From Dehalococcoidia bacterium (lineage in GTDB: Bacteria; Chloroflexota; Dehalococcoidia; Lucifugimonadales; UBA3495): a stretch of DNA of 64,000 nucleotides. The notes under the pieces are model-generated. The model was not told where the DNA came from and searched no databases. It worked only from the letters and a program-made list of their open reading frames with translations. Below are positions 20,947 through 31,603 of this stretch, one piece after another. A program made the translations under genes and the position numbers. Each line of letters begins with the position of its first letter. Position 1 is the stretch's first letter. The stretch lies in NCBI GenBank assembly GCA_965207275.1, contig CBDBMH010000001.1, positions 1,056,297 to 1,120,296 of the forward strand, read 5' to 3'.

Positions 20947-22362
20947 TTACCGCCGGTAGCTGTACCCCCTTGGCGTGCGTTCGCAGTTGAGGCGGCGGTT
21001 GAGGTGCAGGCCTTCCAGGACGAACTCCGTGGCCGAGGCTTGAAGCTCAGGACGGGGGTCTTCCGTCAGGCGGGCTACCGCCTCGGTCAGACCTTCCACC
21101 CCGGAGGCCATGGTCGGATATTCCTCCGCCGGCTTTTCGCTGCTCGTCTCGGCCTGGCTGCCCAGGTCGAAGGCGGTTACCACGTCCTCCAGGGAGTCCA
21201 CGTCGAAGTAGCGGCCGAACACCCGCAGCACCGCCCGCTTGGTCAAATCCTCCATGACCCGGTCCTCGCGCCCCTCCTCAAAGGTCTCCAATTCGATCTT
21301 GCCGCCAAAGGAGGCGGAGATGTAGGGGAGGTCGCTGATGCGGGGGCAGGCCACCGTATCGCCGGACTTGATGGCGCGGCGGACGGCGTTGCTGAGCAGG
21401 GTCTCGTAATTGGCGATGGAGACCCGGACGCTGACTCCCGAGCGCTGGTTGATCTCGTTGCTGGCGCGGGCCTGGGCGGTTATCTCGGCCAGGATCTCCT
21501 TCATGTACTGGGGAACAACCAGGTTGTCCTCGTCCATGAAGCGGGCCCGCTCCTGGTCCATGATGGTAATCTCTTCCTCGATGTAGCGGGGGTAGTGGGT
21601 GTGAATCTGGGAGCCGTACCGGTCCTTCAGCGGGGTGACGATGCGGCCGCGGTTGGTGTAGTCCTCGGGGTTGGCGGTGGCCACCACGTAGACGTCCAGG
21701 GGCAGGCGAATGCGGTAGCCCTTGATCTGCACGTCCCTTTCCTCCATCAGGTTGAACAGGCCCACCTGGATGCGCTCGGCCAGGTCGGGCAACTCGTTGA
21801 TGGAAAAGATGCCCCGGTTGGTGCGGGGCACCAGCCCGTAGTGGATAGCCTGCTCGTCGGAGAGATGCCGCCCTTCGGCCACCTTGATGGGGTCGATCTC
21901 CCCGATGAGGTCGGCGATGGAAATGTCGGGGGTGGCCAGCTTTTCTGAATAGCGGTCTTCCCGTCCGATCCATTCGATGCCGGTGTCGTCGCCGGATTCG
22001 GAAATCCTGTCGCAGCGGCCCTGGCAGATGGGGTTGAAGGGGTCGCAGTTGATCTCGCAGCCGGCAATCTTGGGGATGGCCTCGTCCAGCAGGTTGACCA
22101 GACTGCGGATGATGCGGGACTTGGCCTGACCCCGTTCGCCCAGCAGAATCAGGTCCTGGCCGGCCAGGATGGCGTTTTCCAGTTGGGGGATGACGGTGTC
22201 TTCGAAGCCGATGATGCCGGGGAACACGACCTCTTCGGCCCGCATCTTGGCCACCAGGTTCCTGCGCATCTCCTCGCGCACCGGAGTTATCCGGTAGCCG
22301 CTGTCCCGCAACTCGGCGATAGTTTCGGGCAGGTTGGCGCCCAACTGTGCCAAAGAAGTCAT
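20947..22362 (-). CDS. Magnesium chelatase ChlI-like AAA+ ATPase
   Basis: Walker A variant GERGQAKS, INELPDL, and ATANPEDYTNRG. Confidence 0.88.
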   Translation of the reverse strand: MTSLAQLGANLPETIAELRDSGYRITPVREEMRRNLVAKMRAEEVVFPGIIGFEDTVIPQLENAILAGQDLILLGERGQAKSRIIRSLVNLLDEAIPKIAGCEINCDPFNPICQGRCDRISESGDDTGIEWIGREDRYSEKLATPDISIADLIGEIDPIKVAEGRHLSDEQAIHYGLVPRTNRGIFSINELPDLAERIQVGLFNLMEERDVQIKGYRIRLPLDVYVVATANPEDYTNRGRIVTPLKDRYGSQIHTHYPRYIEEEITIMDQERARFMDEDNLVVPQYMKEILAEITAQARASNEINQRSGVSVRVSIANYETLLSNAVRRAIKSGDTVACPRISDLPYISASFGGKIELETFEEGREDRVMEDLTKRAVLRVFGRYFDVDSLEDVVTAFDLGSQAETSSEKPAEEYPTMASGVEGLTEAVARLTEDPRPELQASATEFVLEGLHLNRRLNCERTPRGYSYRR

Positions 22363-22484
22363 CGTCTCCCTCCGAGATGAAACAAAGGAATATAGCCGTA
22401 AGAACGCCGGGCTAGTATAGCACAGGGAAGATCGCCCTCACCCCGGCGAAGGCGGACGTTCCAGGGTAATCGCGTTTTAAGGCT

Positions 22485-22790
22485 GTCATGCTGAGCCCTT
22501 CGGCCCGGCTCAGGCTGAACTCAGCCGAAGCATCTGAAACCGTACGTGCCAGCCAGTCATTGGAACCCAATCCACGACACCCAAGCAAGAGTTTAGACCC
22601 TTCGGCAAGCTCAGGGTGACTTGACTCTCTGCTGCCAGTCCTGGCGCAATTTGAGGAAAATCTATTGTGCGATTGCTCTGGCGGACGTTCCACCCTCCCA
22701 GAGGGCGAGGGCGCTGCGAGGGCCTCAGGATGATTCTTCGACAGGCCCACCAATCCGCCTGAGGCGGATGGTCGCTCAGGATGAGCGGAT
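22485..22790. repeat. Cluster of family A REP-like palindromes (CCTTCG[A/G]CA[A/G]GCTCAGG)
   Basis: Copies near 22485, 22595 and 22736. Others near 26190, 26495, 31710-31778, 36328-36398, 45461, 45607, 49675 and 62534-62597. Confidence 0.75.
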
Positions 22791-23255
22791 GCAGGGAAGC
22801 AGGTACAGAACTGGATTTTTTTGTATTCCGGGCCGTTTTGGGCCATTTGGGGCCGTTTCGTATTTGAAATCGGGGGTGGGCAACGGTCCGACGGGCCGAA
22901 TTTTGGGCCGGCGCCGGGGTAAGTCCTATCTGTATTCCGGAAAAAAGTGGCCCACATTCCCGCTTTTCCGGGGCCGTTTTGGGCCGTTTTGGGCCACTTG
23001 AGGCCCTCAGCCCGCGGCCTGGATTCCGTATCGTGTCCGGAGTGACGGGGGTGGCGGGGCGAAATGTCAGTTTTTCCGAGCATATCCTGTCATTTCCGAG
23101 CGTTTTGTATTTGGCCTTGCGATTGCGGCGGCGGGTTCTTGGCGGATTGGTCGCCGCCGGTCGTCGGGCCTGGGCGCTGAAAGAGCCGGGTTATTTTTGG
23201 ATGCTGGGTTTATGGTGACGATTGGTTACGCGGGGTGGCAAGGGGGAAGTGTCAG

Positions 23256-23332
23256 GGGAATTGGGAATTGGGAATTAGGAATTGGGAATTAAGAGGTAAG
23301 AATTAAGAATTAAGAATTAAGAATTAAGAATG
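23256..23332 (+). repeat. Heptamer tandem array (GGGAATT)n grading into (AAGAATT)n, 11 units
   Basis: Direct reading of in-phase 7-mers. Confidence 0.95.
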
Positions 23333-23452
23333 GGGGTGGGGTTAGGATAATCCACGAAAGGAGATTATGACAGGTATAGGTAGACCAGCACTAGCGGAAA
23401 AGCTAACATTGGTCGAAGATGATGCAGGGAAGCATTGAAGAGAAGGCGGGGT

Positions 23453-26146
23453 ATGACACCAGCAGAGTTCATTGCTAAATGGAAAGATACTCCGTTCGGA
23501 GAAAAACAGGCTTCGCAGGAAATGTTCATCGACATCTGCCGGCTGGTGGACCATCCTACGCCTGGCGATTACAAGGACTTGGATGCCTTTACCTTCGAGA
23601 AGAAAGTCCCCATCGGCTCGGCTGACGCCTACAAGGAAGAGCATTTCGGCTGGGAGTTCAAGAGCAGCGACAACCAGCTTGAAGGCGCCTTCACCCAGTT
23701 GCTGCGCTACTCCATCTATCTCAAGACACCGCCCCTGCTGATAGTTTCATCGTTCCAAACGATATTGGTCCGCACCAACTTTCCCGGGATGGAAACGGTA
23801 CTGTATGAGATTGCAGTTGAGGAACTGGACAAGCCGGAAAACCTGAAGATATTGCGGTGTGCCTTCCACGCCCCGGCCGACCTGCGACCGGTCCGCACCG
23901 TTGAGGACGTTACAAGGGAAACGGCCGACCTGTTCCGGAATATTGTTACGGATATGGAAGAGCAGGACGAGGATCCTGAGAAACTGGCCCGATACCTTAA
24001 CCAGATCGTGTTCTGCCTCTACGCGGAAGACGCCGGCCTGTTGCCTAACTCCGTGTTCACGCAGTTGGTGCATGAACAGTTCCGCGAGCCGGCAAAGTTT
24101 GACCAGGGAGCGAGAAACCTCTTCCAGCAGATGGCGACGGGCGGGCTGTTTGGCCCAACGGATATCCGCCATTTCAACGGGGACCTGTTCAACGATAATG
24201 ACACCGTTGAACTGAGTACCGCAGCCCTGCAACGTCTGGCGGAAGCAGCGAGGAAGAACTGGCAGAACATTGAGCCCTCGATATTCGGGACACTTTTCGA
24301 GAGGGCGCTGGACGCTTCCAAGAGAGCGTACCTGGGGGCTCATTACACCAGCGCAGAGGACATTATGCTGGTGGTTGATCCGGTGCTGATGACCCCGTTG
24401 TGGCGGGAATGGGAAGAGGCCAGGCAACAAATTGAAGCCTTGCTAGACGATGATGACGCAACAGGCGCACGCAGTCGCTTGGAAGCTTTTCAGCAACGGC
24501 TTGCGGCGGTCAAGGTGCTGGATCCGGCCTGCGGGAGCGGCAATTTCCTGTATCTGGCATTACGGGCGCTGCTGGACCTGGAGAAAACGGCAATTGACTT
24601 TGGCGCGGCCCAGGGTTGGCACGAACTGCGTCCAACAGTGAAACCGAACCAGATGCTGGGGCTGGAAATCAACCACTACGCCACCGAACTGGCCCGCACC
24701 GCCCTTTGGATCGGCTATATCCAGTGGCACCAGGCCAACGGCTTTCCCTACGACCACAGCCCCATCCTTACGTCCCTGGACACGATAAGGCAGACTGACG
24801 CCATTCTGGACCTGTCGGACCCGGACAATCCCAAGGAGCCGGAATGGCCGGCGGCGGAGTTTATTATTGGGAATCCGCCGTTCCTTGGGGGGAAACTGCT
24901 TCGAAAAAACCTGGGAGACCAGTACGTTGAAAGGTTGTTTGAGAAGTACGAGGAAAGGGTGCCTGCTGAGGCGGATTTGGTTTGCTATTGGCTTGAAAAA
25001 GGTCGGCAGATGTTGGAGGCAAAGAGCGCCGACCGGGCTGGATTACTGGCAACTCAGGGTATCCGGGGCGGAGCCAACAGACGAGTGTTACAACGGATGA
25101 AGGAAACAGGCGATATTTTCATGGCATGGTCTGACCATCCGTGGATTCTTGAAGGCGCAGCAGTACATGTTTCGATCATTGGATTTGACGACGGGTCTGA
25201 AACAGACCGCACGTTAGACGGCAGTCAGGTCGAATCAATAAACTCCAATCTGACTGTAGGGGTGGATCTGACCGGGGCCGTAAGGCTCAAGGCCAACATG
25301 GGAATCGGCTTCATGGGGGACACCAAGGGTGGGCCGTTTGACATTCCTTCTTCGTTAGCGGAAGAAATGATCGCAAGCCCCAACCCCCACGGCAAGAGTA
25401 ATGCGGAAGTCGTCAAGCCCAGAGTAAATGGTAAGGACATAACATCCCGCCCCAGTGGGACATGGATTGTCGACTTTGGCGCAGATAGGACAATGGAAGA
25501 GGCGGCATTGTACGAAATGCCCTTTGAATACGTTAATGCAGTTGTAAGGCCTCAAAGAGAGAAGTCCAGGTCAAAAATATTTGACTGGTGGATACACGAA
25601 CGTCCAAGGCCTGAAATGCGTGAAGCCCTAAGGGAGATTGACAGATACGTTGCCACTCCTACAACAGCAAAACACCGCCTCTTTCGGTGGGTAGCCACGG
25701 AAATCCTGCCAGACCACGCTTTAATCGTAGTTGCCCGGGATGATGACTTTACTCTCGGCGTATTGCACTCCCGTTTCCACGAGTTGTGGGCATTGGCTAT
25801 GGGAACACAACTGGAAAGCAGACCCCGATACACGCCTACAACCTGTTTTGAAACATTTCCCTTTCCTGAACCCACGGAGGCTCACCGTGAGGCAATCGCA
25901 GAAGCGGCACGGGAGTTGAACGAATGGAGGGAGAACTGGCTGAATCCGCCGGGGATATCGGAGTCGGAGTTGAAGAAGCGGACGCTGACGAACCTGTACA
26001 ACAGCCGTCCCACATGGTTAGAGAATGTGCACAAGAAATTGGATGACGCGATAGCGGCGGCGTATGGGTGGCCGGCGGACCTGGGGGAGCAGGAGGTTCT
26101 GGAGAGGCTGCTGGCGCTGAACCTGGAGCGGGCGGCGGCGCAGTAG
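23453..26146 (+). CDS. MmeI/YeeA-like type IIL restriction-modification enzyme (N6-adenine MTase with nuclease-like N-terminus and TRD)
   Basis: Motifs LDPACGSGNFL, IGNPPF, GAHYTS, PSIFGTLFER and RYTPTTCFETFPFP. N-terminal AD...WEFK. Confidence 0.92.
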   Translation: MTPAEFIAKWKDTPFGEKQASQEMFIDICRLVDHPTPGDYKDLDAFTFEKKVPIGSADAYKEEHFGWEFKSSDNQLEGAFTQLLRYSIYLKTPPLLIVSSFQTILVRTNFPGMETVLYEIAVEELDKPENLKILRCAFHAPADLRPVRTVEDVTRETADLFRNIVTDMEEQDEDPEKLARYLNQIVFCLYAEDAGLLPNSVFTQLVHEQFREPAKFDQGARNLFQQMATGGLFGPTDIRHFNGDLFNDNDTVELSTAALQRLAEAARKNWQNIEPSIFGTLFERALDASKRAYLGAHYTSAEDIMLVVDPVLMTPLWREWEEARQQIEALLDDDDATGARSRLEAFQQRLAAVKVLDPACGSGNFLYLALRALLDLEKTAIDFGAAQGWHELRPTVKPNQMLGLEINHYATELARTALWIGYIQWHQANGFPYDHSPILTSLDTIRQTDAILDLSDPDNPKEPEWPAAEFIIGNPPFLGGKLLRKNLGDQYVERLFEKYEERVPAEADLVCYWLEKGRQMLEAKSADRAGLLATQGIRGGANRRVLQRMKETGDIFMAWSDHPWILEGAAVHVSIIGFDDGSETDRTLDGSQVESINSNLTVGVDLTGAVRLKANMGIGFMGDTKGGPFDIPSSLAEEMIASPNPHGKSNAEVVKPRVNGKDITSRPSGTWIVDFGADRTMEEAALYEMPFEYVNAVVRPQREKSRSKIFDWWIHERPRPEMREALREIDRYVATPTTAKHRLFRWVATEILPDHALIVVARDDDFTLGVLHSRFHELWALAMGTQLESRPRYTPTTCFETFPFPEPTEAHREAIAEAARELNEWRENWLNPPGISESELKKRTLTNLYNSRPTWLENVHKKLDDAIAAAYGWPADLGEQEVLERLLALNLERAAAQ

Positions 26147-26178
26147 GGGGGCCTCCTGAGGCCGGTAACGTATTGGAG

Positions 26179-26617
26179 GGTGGGAGTTTAGACCCTTCGG
26201 CAGGCTCAGGGTGACAGGGGGTTTGGTGTGGGGCGGGGAAGGTGCTTTGAGGATGGCGGGGCGGGTTCCAAATCCGCCCCTACCGGTTCTAGTGCATTTG
26301 CGTTGGTACGGTGCGGTTGATGTGGCAAGATTTCGGTTGGGGTTAATTTCGGTGGGAGAAGGCGGCCACAAGGGCCGCCCCTACCGGGGGTTGGGGTGGT
26401 CCGGTTGGTTTGAATCGCCGGCGTGACTTGGGGGAAGTGTCAGTGGGTAGGGTACTTAGCAAAGCCCGCGCGGGGTTGGCGGGGTGGGAGTTGAGGCCCT
26501 TCGGCAGGCTCAGGGAGACATTGACTTCAGGTTGGCGGGGTTGGGGTCTGTCCATTACCTCCATCCCAGCTTTCCCACCACAGGTGGACGTTCCGCCCCC
26601 GTCGAGGAGGAAGGCAT
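26179..26617. repeat. REP-like palindrome cluster (families A, B, D) downstream of the RM gene
   Basis: Two about 38-bp GGGTGGGAGTT..CCCTTCGGCAGGCTCAGGG copies, GGGGCGGGTTCCAAATCCGCCCCTAC, and GGCGGCCACAAGGGCCGCCCCTAC. Confidence 0.75.
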
Positions 26618-26673
26618 CAAATCCGGGGGCCGCACGTTCGTGCGCCTCTGCGGTGAACCGGCCAGGGCTGCCG

Positions 26674-27399
26674 CTAGGCGAAAATGCCCAGGGGGTTGAG
26701 GGAGCGGGGGGCGTCGGTAACGTCCATTTCCTCCACCCGCTTCATGAAGTTGACCACCAGGTAGGTCAGGGGCGTGGCGGCGGCCTCGTAGAGAATCTTG
26801 ATGATCCACTGGGCCAGCGCCGCTCCGAAGAGGGCGGTGCCGGACCAGTCGCCGAAGACCCCAAAGGCGATGTAGATGAAGATGAAGGAATCGAGGCCCT
26901 GGCCCACAATGGTGGAGCCGATGGTGCGGACAAAGAGCAGCCTGCCCTGCATCTTGTACTTGAGCAGCGACAGCACGGTGGAGTTGGAGAACTCGCCCAC
27001 CAGGTAGGCGATGAAGGAGCCGACCACGATGCCGGGGACCTGTCCCAGTATCCGGCTGTAGGAATCCTGATCACTCTCACTCCAGAAGAAGGCCCCGGGA
27101 ATCATACCGGACACCCACAACGCCACCACCACCAGCAGGTTCATGGCGAACCCCAGCCAGATAACGCCTCGGGCCACCCGGAACCCGTACACCTCGGTCA
27201 GCACGTCCCCGACGATATAACTGATGGGGAAGATAATAATGGCCGCTGGCAGAACTATCGAGGGATCTCCGAACCACTGAATGGAAAATAACCGCTCAAT
27301 GGGAAGGATAGTGATGGTCCTTACCGCGATGATGTTGGAGGAAATCAGAACGGTGACGAAGAGGGCCACGACAACTACAAAGCTTCCCGTGAATCGCAT
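26674..27399 (-). CDS. yhhQ: Queuosine precursor transporter (YhhQ/VUT family)
   Basis: Motifs FPISYIVGDVLTEVYG and RTIGSTIVGQGLDS. Adjacent to queF. Confidence 0.92.
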   Translation of the reverse strand: MRFTGSFVVVVALFVTVLISSNIIAVRTITILPIERLFSIQWFGDPSIVLPAAIIIFPISYIVGDVLTEVYGFRVARGVIWLGFAMNLLVVVALWVSGMIPGAFFWSESDQDSYSRILGQVPGIVVGSFIAYLVGEFSNSTVLSLLKYKMQGRLLFVRTIGSTIVGQGLDSFIFIYIAFGVFGDWSGTALFGAALAQWIIKILYEAAATPLTYLVVNFMKRVEEMDVTDAPRSLNPLGIFA

Positions 27400-27477
27400 T
27401 ATTGTCTCCCGCCTGTCGCGCGCTACGCCAGGATGCTTGAACCGTTGCCCAAAAAGCCGTTGCCCAAAAAGCCGGGG

Positions 27478-27906
27478 TTACGCTGCGGCCGCCTGGTACT
27501 CCACCGATACTTCGGTGTGGATACCGCCCCGTACCTTGTAATCCAGGTTTATCTTCATGCGATGGGGCTGGCAGCAGGCCACCAGGTCCTGGAGGACGCG
27601 GTTGGCAGCGTGCTCCTGAACGATGCCCACATCCCGAAAGGAGAGCAGGTAGTACTTGAGAGACTTAAGCTCGATGCAGCTATCGCGGGGAATGTAGGTT
27701 ATGGTAAGGACCCCGTAGTCTGGCAGGCCGGTCCAGGGACAGACGGCGGTGAACTCGTCGGTGTCGATGACCACCTCGGTCTCCTGGCCCGGGTACTCGT
27801 ACTGGAAGGCCATGAGGCACTCGGTATCGATGGCCGAATCCTGGCGGATGGCTACCCGCGAGTCCAGGCCTTCGTATTGTTCCTTCAGTTCGGGGATAGT
27901 GGCCAT
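27478..27906 (-). CDS. queF: NADPH-dependent preQ0 reductase (type I)
   Basis: Motifs EFTAVCPWTGLPDYG and ELKSLKYYL. RBS AGGAGG before ATG 27906. Confidence 0.95.
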   Translation of the reverse strand: MATIPELKEQYEGLDSRVAIRQDSAIDTECLMAFQYEYPGQETEVVIDTDEFTAVCPWTGLPDYGVLTITYIPRDSCIELKSLKYYLLSFRDVGIVQEHAANRVLQDLVACCQPHRMKINLDYKVRGGIHTEVSVEYQAAAA

Positions 27907-28112
27907 GGGGAAAGCCTCCTGTCGCATGAGGACGGCCCAGATTAATTGCCATATATTAAATATGTTTGGTGTATGTGTCAAAAGGGTAAGGGATTTTGGC
28001 GCGCAAAAAGGGCCCACACGCGCCCCCGATTGCCACGGGATTTTACCATTGTCTTTACGAAATCAGCAGGTATAATTACGACTACCAGATACCGCTTGGA
28101 GGTTTAAAGAAA

Positions 28113-28958
28113 ATGGCAGAATACGCGCATCCCGAGTCCCTGGTGAGCACCGACTGGGTAGCGGAACACGGCGGCGACGCCAACGTGCGGTTGATTGAGG
28201 TGGACGTGGATACGGCCGCCTATGAGCAGGGCCACATCGCCGGAGCCGTGGGCTGGAACTGGCAGAGTCAGCTGCAGCAGTCGGTGCGCCGCGACCTGCT
28301 GAGCAAGGCAGAAATGGAAGGACTGCTGGGCGGTTCCGGGGTCGGCAACGACACCACCGTGGTGGTCTACGGCGACAACAACAACTGGTTCGCCGCCTGG
28401 GCTTTCTGGCAGATCCGGTACTATGGTCACGCCAATGTAAAGCTGATGAACGGCGGCCGGGCCAAGTGGGAGGCCGAAGGCCGTCCCATGTCCACTGAAG
28501 TACCCAGCTACGCCGCGACCAACTACGCGGCCCAGGACCCGGACGAGAGTATCCGCGCCTACAGGGACCAGGTGCTGGCCGCGGTGGGCGCCGGCAACAC
28601 GGCCCTGGTGGACGTGCGGTCACCGGCGGAATTCAGCGGGGAACTGCTGGCGCCGCCCAACCTGCCCCAGGAGGGGTCCCAGCGGGGCGGGCACATCCCC
28701 GGCGCCGCCAACATTCCTTGGGGCCAGGCCGCCAACGAGGACGGCACCTTCAAGTCGGCGGACGAGCTGGCCGCGCTGTACGGCGGGCAGGGCGTTGACG
28801 GCAGCAGGGATACCATCGCCTACTGCCGCATCGGCGAGCGGTCCTCCCATACCTGGTTCGTATTGACCCAGCTGCTGGGCTACGAGAACGTCCGCAATTA
28901 CGACGGTTCGTGGACGGAGTGGGGCAGCATAGTGGGGGCGCCGATAGAAAAGCCGTAG
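28113..28958 (+). CDS. Two-domain rhodanese/thiosulfate sulfurtransferase
   Basis: Motifs [14 protein letters not shown] and YDGSWTEW. Confidence 0.95.
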   Translation: MAEYAHPESLVSTDWVAEHGGDANVRLIEVDVDTAAYEQGHIAGAVGWNWQSQLQQSVRRDLLSKAEMEGLLGGSGVGNDTTVVVYGDNNNWFAAWAFWQIRYYGHANVKLMNGGRAKWEAEGRPMSTEVPSYAATNYAAQDPDESIRAYRDQVLAAVGAGNTALVDVRSPAEFSGELLAPPNLPQEGSQRGGHIPGAANIPWGQAANEDGTFKSADELAALYGGQGVDGSRDTIAYCRIGERSSHTWFVLTQLLGYENVRNYDGSWTEWGSIVGAPIEKP

Positions 28959-28970
28959 CCCCAGCGGAAG

Positions 28971-29025
28971 AAACATGGATGGACAGGATGAACAGGATGG
29001 AGTTGGTTAGCTGTTTGTCCTGTCC
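28971..29025. repeat. Family C element, partial
   Basis: AAACATGGATGGACAGGATGAACAGGATGG, nearly identical to the 7586 copy. Confidence 0.7.
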
Positions 29026-29052
29026 TTCTATTTTTCCTTCCTGAGGTGAAAG

Positions 29053-29472
29053 ATGGCTCTTTACCTGGTTTCGTGTGTCGGCCGGAAGCTGTCGGTGCCT
29101 GCTCCAGCCAAAGACCTCTACACTTCCCAACTGTTTCGGAAATCCCGTACCTTCGTGGAGAGTATTAACCAGCCTTGGTTAATTCTGTCTGCCAAGTACG
29201 GCCTTGTTTCTCCGGAGCAGGTAATAGAGCCCTATGACCTCACTCTGAAAAAAATGCCGAAGGCGGAGCGGCGCAGATGGGCAGAAGCCATCGCGTCGCA
29301 ATTGCACCCACACCTTGACGGAGTGAATGCGGTGATATTTCTGGCTGGTCGAGATTACCAACAGTTCTTGGACTCGAAAATCGTTGAACAGGGCATAGCG
29401 ATTTTCGACCCTATGGAAGGCATGAGAATCGGTGAACGGCTAAGGTGGTTGGGCGAGAATACTAGTGGCTAA
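29053..29472 (+). CDS. DUF6884-like protein
   Basis: Motifs LVSCVGRK, PAKDLYTS, ILSAKYGL, IEPYDLTL and LAGRDY. Confidence 0.75.
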   Translation: MALYLVSCVGRKLSVPAPAKDLYTSQLFRKSRTFVESINQPWLILSAKYGLVSPEQVIEPYDLTLKKMPKAERRRWAEAIASQLHPHLDGVNAVIFLAGRDYQQFLDSKIVEQGIAIFDPMEGMRIGERLRWLGENTSG

Positions 29473-30208
29473 CCGAATGGAAGACACCGAACGGTTTTAT
29501 GGTCTCATGGACTTTCTGGCCTTTCGGTCCGGCGGCCCGAAGGTCTTGAATGAATGCAATGGCCGGTTGGACTGGCCCAGACGTGGAGTGTATTTCTTCT
29601 TCGAAGCCGGAGAGACTCGCGCAAAGGTTGTCGGTAAGGGTCGAGTTGTCAGGATTGGTACCCATGCTATCACTACGGGGGCAAACACTACACTCTGGAA
29701 CCGCCTGTCCCAGCACAAGGGTGTCAGCCGCACTGGGCTTGGCATTCACCGTGGATCCATTTTCCGCCTGATAGTGGGCACTGCTCTAGCCGCCGCCAAT
29801 GGCATTGACTTGCCTCCTTCGTGGGGAGTCGGCAACAGCGCCAGCCAAGCAGCACACAAACTGGGACGAAGCCGACAATCCGTGAAGGATAATGAAGAGG
29901 AACTCGAAAGGAAGGTGAGCCGCTATATCGGGCAAATGCCTTTCTTATGGCTGGCAGTTCCTGATGAACCTGGTCCGAATAGTATGAGGGGCCTGATTGA
30001 AGGAAATGCGATCGCCCTTCTAAGCAGCTACATTTCACCAGCAGTTGACTTACAGTCCAAGAATTGGATGGGGAGGCACAGCGATAGGGATCGTGTGCGT
30101 AGGTCCGGCCTCTGGAACAACATCCATGTGGACGAAACATGGGATGCGAGGTTTCTGGATGATATGGAAACGTTCGTTGAGAACACACATCCCATCGAGC
30201 TAAAGTAA
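29465..30208 (+). CDS. Hypothetical protein, possibly a divergent GIY-YIG nuclease
   Basis: GVYFFF...VRIGTH...LWNRLSQH pattern. Overlaps the upstream gene. Confidence 0.55.
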   Translation: MANRMEDTERFYGLMDFLAFRSGGPKVLNECNGRLDWPRRGVYFFFEAGETRAKVVGKGRVVRIGTHAITTGANTTLWNRLSQHKGVSRTGLGIHRGSIFRLIVGTALAAANGIDLPPSWGVGNSASQAAHKLGRSRQSVKDNEEELERKVSRYIGQMPFLWLAVPDEPGPNSMRGLIEGNAIALLSSYISPAVDLQSKNWMGRHSDRDRVRRSGLWNNIHVDETWDARFLDDMETFVENTHPIELK

Positions 30209-30217
30209 TCCCGCCCT

Positions 30218-31603
30218 CTAAAACTCCACGTTCTTGGGCGTTCTTGGGAAGGGAATAATGTCCCTAATGTTTTGCATGCCGGTTGCGAACTGGACGGTGC
30301 GTTCGAAGCCCAGGCCGAAGCCGGCGTGGGGGACGGTGCCGTAGCGGCGCAGGTCCAGGTACCACCAGTAGTTTTCCGCGTCCAGGCCCGATTGCTTCAT
30401 TCGTTCCAGCAGCATGTCTTCCCGTTCCTCCCGCTGGCTGCCGCCGATGATCTCGCCAATGCGGGGCACCAGCACGTCCATGGCCCGCACCGTCTCCCCG
30501 TCTTCATTCAGGCGCATGTAGAAGGCCTTGATGTCCCTCGGGTAGTCGGTTACCACCACGGGCCGGCCCACCCGCTTCTCGGTGATGTAGCGCTCGTGCT
30601 CCGATTGCAAATCCAGGCCCCAGGAGACGGGGAATTCAAAATTCTCGCCGGAACTTTCCAGCAGTCGGACGGCCTCGGTGTAGGTCATGCGCTCGAAGCT
30701 GGAACTGATGATGCTTTCCAGGGTCTGGATGGCGGAGTCGTCGTACCAACGGTTGAAGAAGGCCATCTCGTCGGGGCACTGTTCCAGGGCCTGGCTGAAG
30801 ATGTACTTGAGAAAGTCCTCGGCCAGTTCGGCCAGACCGTCCAGGTCGCAGAAGGCTACCTCGGGCTCCACCATCCAGAACTCGGCCAGGTGGCGGGAGG
30901 TGTTGGAGTTTTCGGCGCGGAAGGTGGGGCCGAAGGTATAGACGTCGGACAGGGCCAGGGCGAAAATCTCGGCCTCCAGTTGCCCGCTGACGGTGAGGTA
31001 GGTGGGCTGGCCGAAGAAGTCCTCGGCGTTGTCCACCAGGCCGTCCCGGCGGGGCGGGTCCTGCAGATCCAGGGTGGTAACGCGGAACATGGAACCGGCG
31101 CCCTCGGCGTCGCTGGCGGTGATCATGGGCGTCTGGATGTACTGGAAGCCCCGCTGCTGGAAGAAGCTGTGGATAGCATAGGCCATGGCATTGCGGACCC
31201 GGGCCATGGCGCCGAAGGTGTTGGTGCGGGGCCGCAGGTGGGCGATTTCGCGAAGGAATTCCAGGGTGTGGCGTTTCTTCTGGAGAGGGTATTCTTCCGG
31301 GTCGGCCTGGCCCAGCAGTTCCAGTCTGGTGGCCTTGACTTCGTACTTCTGGTTCCGGCCCTGGGATTCCACCAACTCGCCCTGGGCGCAGACGCTGCAG
31401 CCCGTGGACAAGGACTCGACCAGGGCAAAGTCGGGCGAAGAGGGTTCCACCACAATCTGCAGGTCGGTGAGGGTTGAGCCGTCGCTGATTTGAATGAAGG
31501 AAACGGCGCCGGAAGAGCGGCGGGTCTTTACCCAGCCCTGGACTTGCACTTCGCCGCCGGCGGCTTCGCGGTTGAGGATGTCCTTGACCCTGGTACGCTG
31601 CAT
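30218..31603 (-). CDS. asnS: Asparagine--tRNA ligase
   Basis: Motifs [29 protein letters not shown] and GFGLGFER. Confidence 0.97.
   Translation of the reverse strand: MQRTRVKDILNREAAGGEVQVQGWVKTRRSSGAVSFIQISDGSTLTDLQIVVEPSSPDFALVESLSTGCSVCAQGELVESQGRNQKYEVKATRLELLGQADPEEYPLQKKRHTLEFLREIAHLRPRTNTFGAMARVRNAMAYAIHSFFQQRGFQYIQTPMITASDAEGAGSMFRVTTLDLQDPPRRDGLVDNAEDFFGQPTYLTVSGQLEAEIFALALSDVYTFGPTFRAENSNTSRHLAEFWMVEPEVAFCDLDGLAELAEDFLKYIFSQALEQCPDEMAFFNRWYDDSAIQTLESIISSSFERMTYTEAVRLLESSGENFEFPVSWGLDLQSEHERYITEKRVGRPVVVTDYPRDIKAFYMRLNEDGETVRAMDVLVPRIGEIIGGSQREEREDMLLERMKQSGLDAENYWWYLDLRRYGTVPHAGFGLGFERTVQFATGMQNIRDIIPFPRTPKNVEF

Noticed and set aside
22412-23083. 223-aa ORF as a real gene
   Set aside because: Built largely from translated REP-like and decamer repeats (HPELAEG, LSRAEG). 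No family motif.
23256-23332. CRISPR array
   Set aside because: Contiguous 7-mers without spacers, and no cas genes.
27907-28110. preQ1 riboswitch upstream of queF-yhhQ
   Set aside because: No recognisable preQ1-I stem-loop plus A-rich tail by eye. An Infernal/Rfam search would be needed to exclude it.
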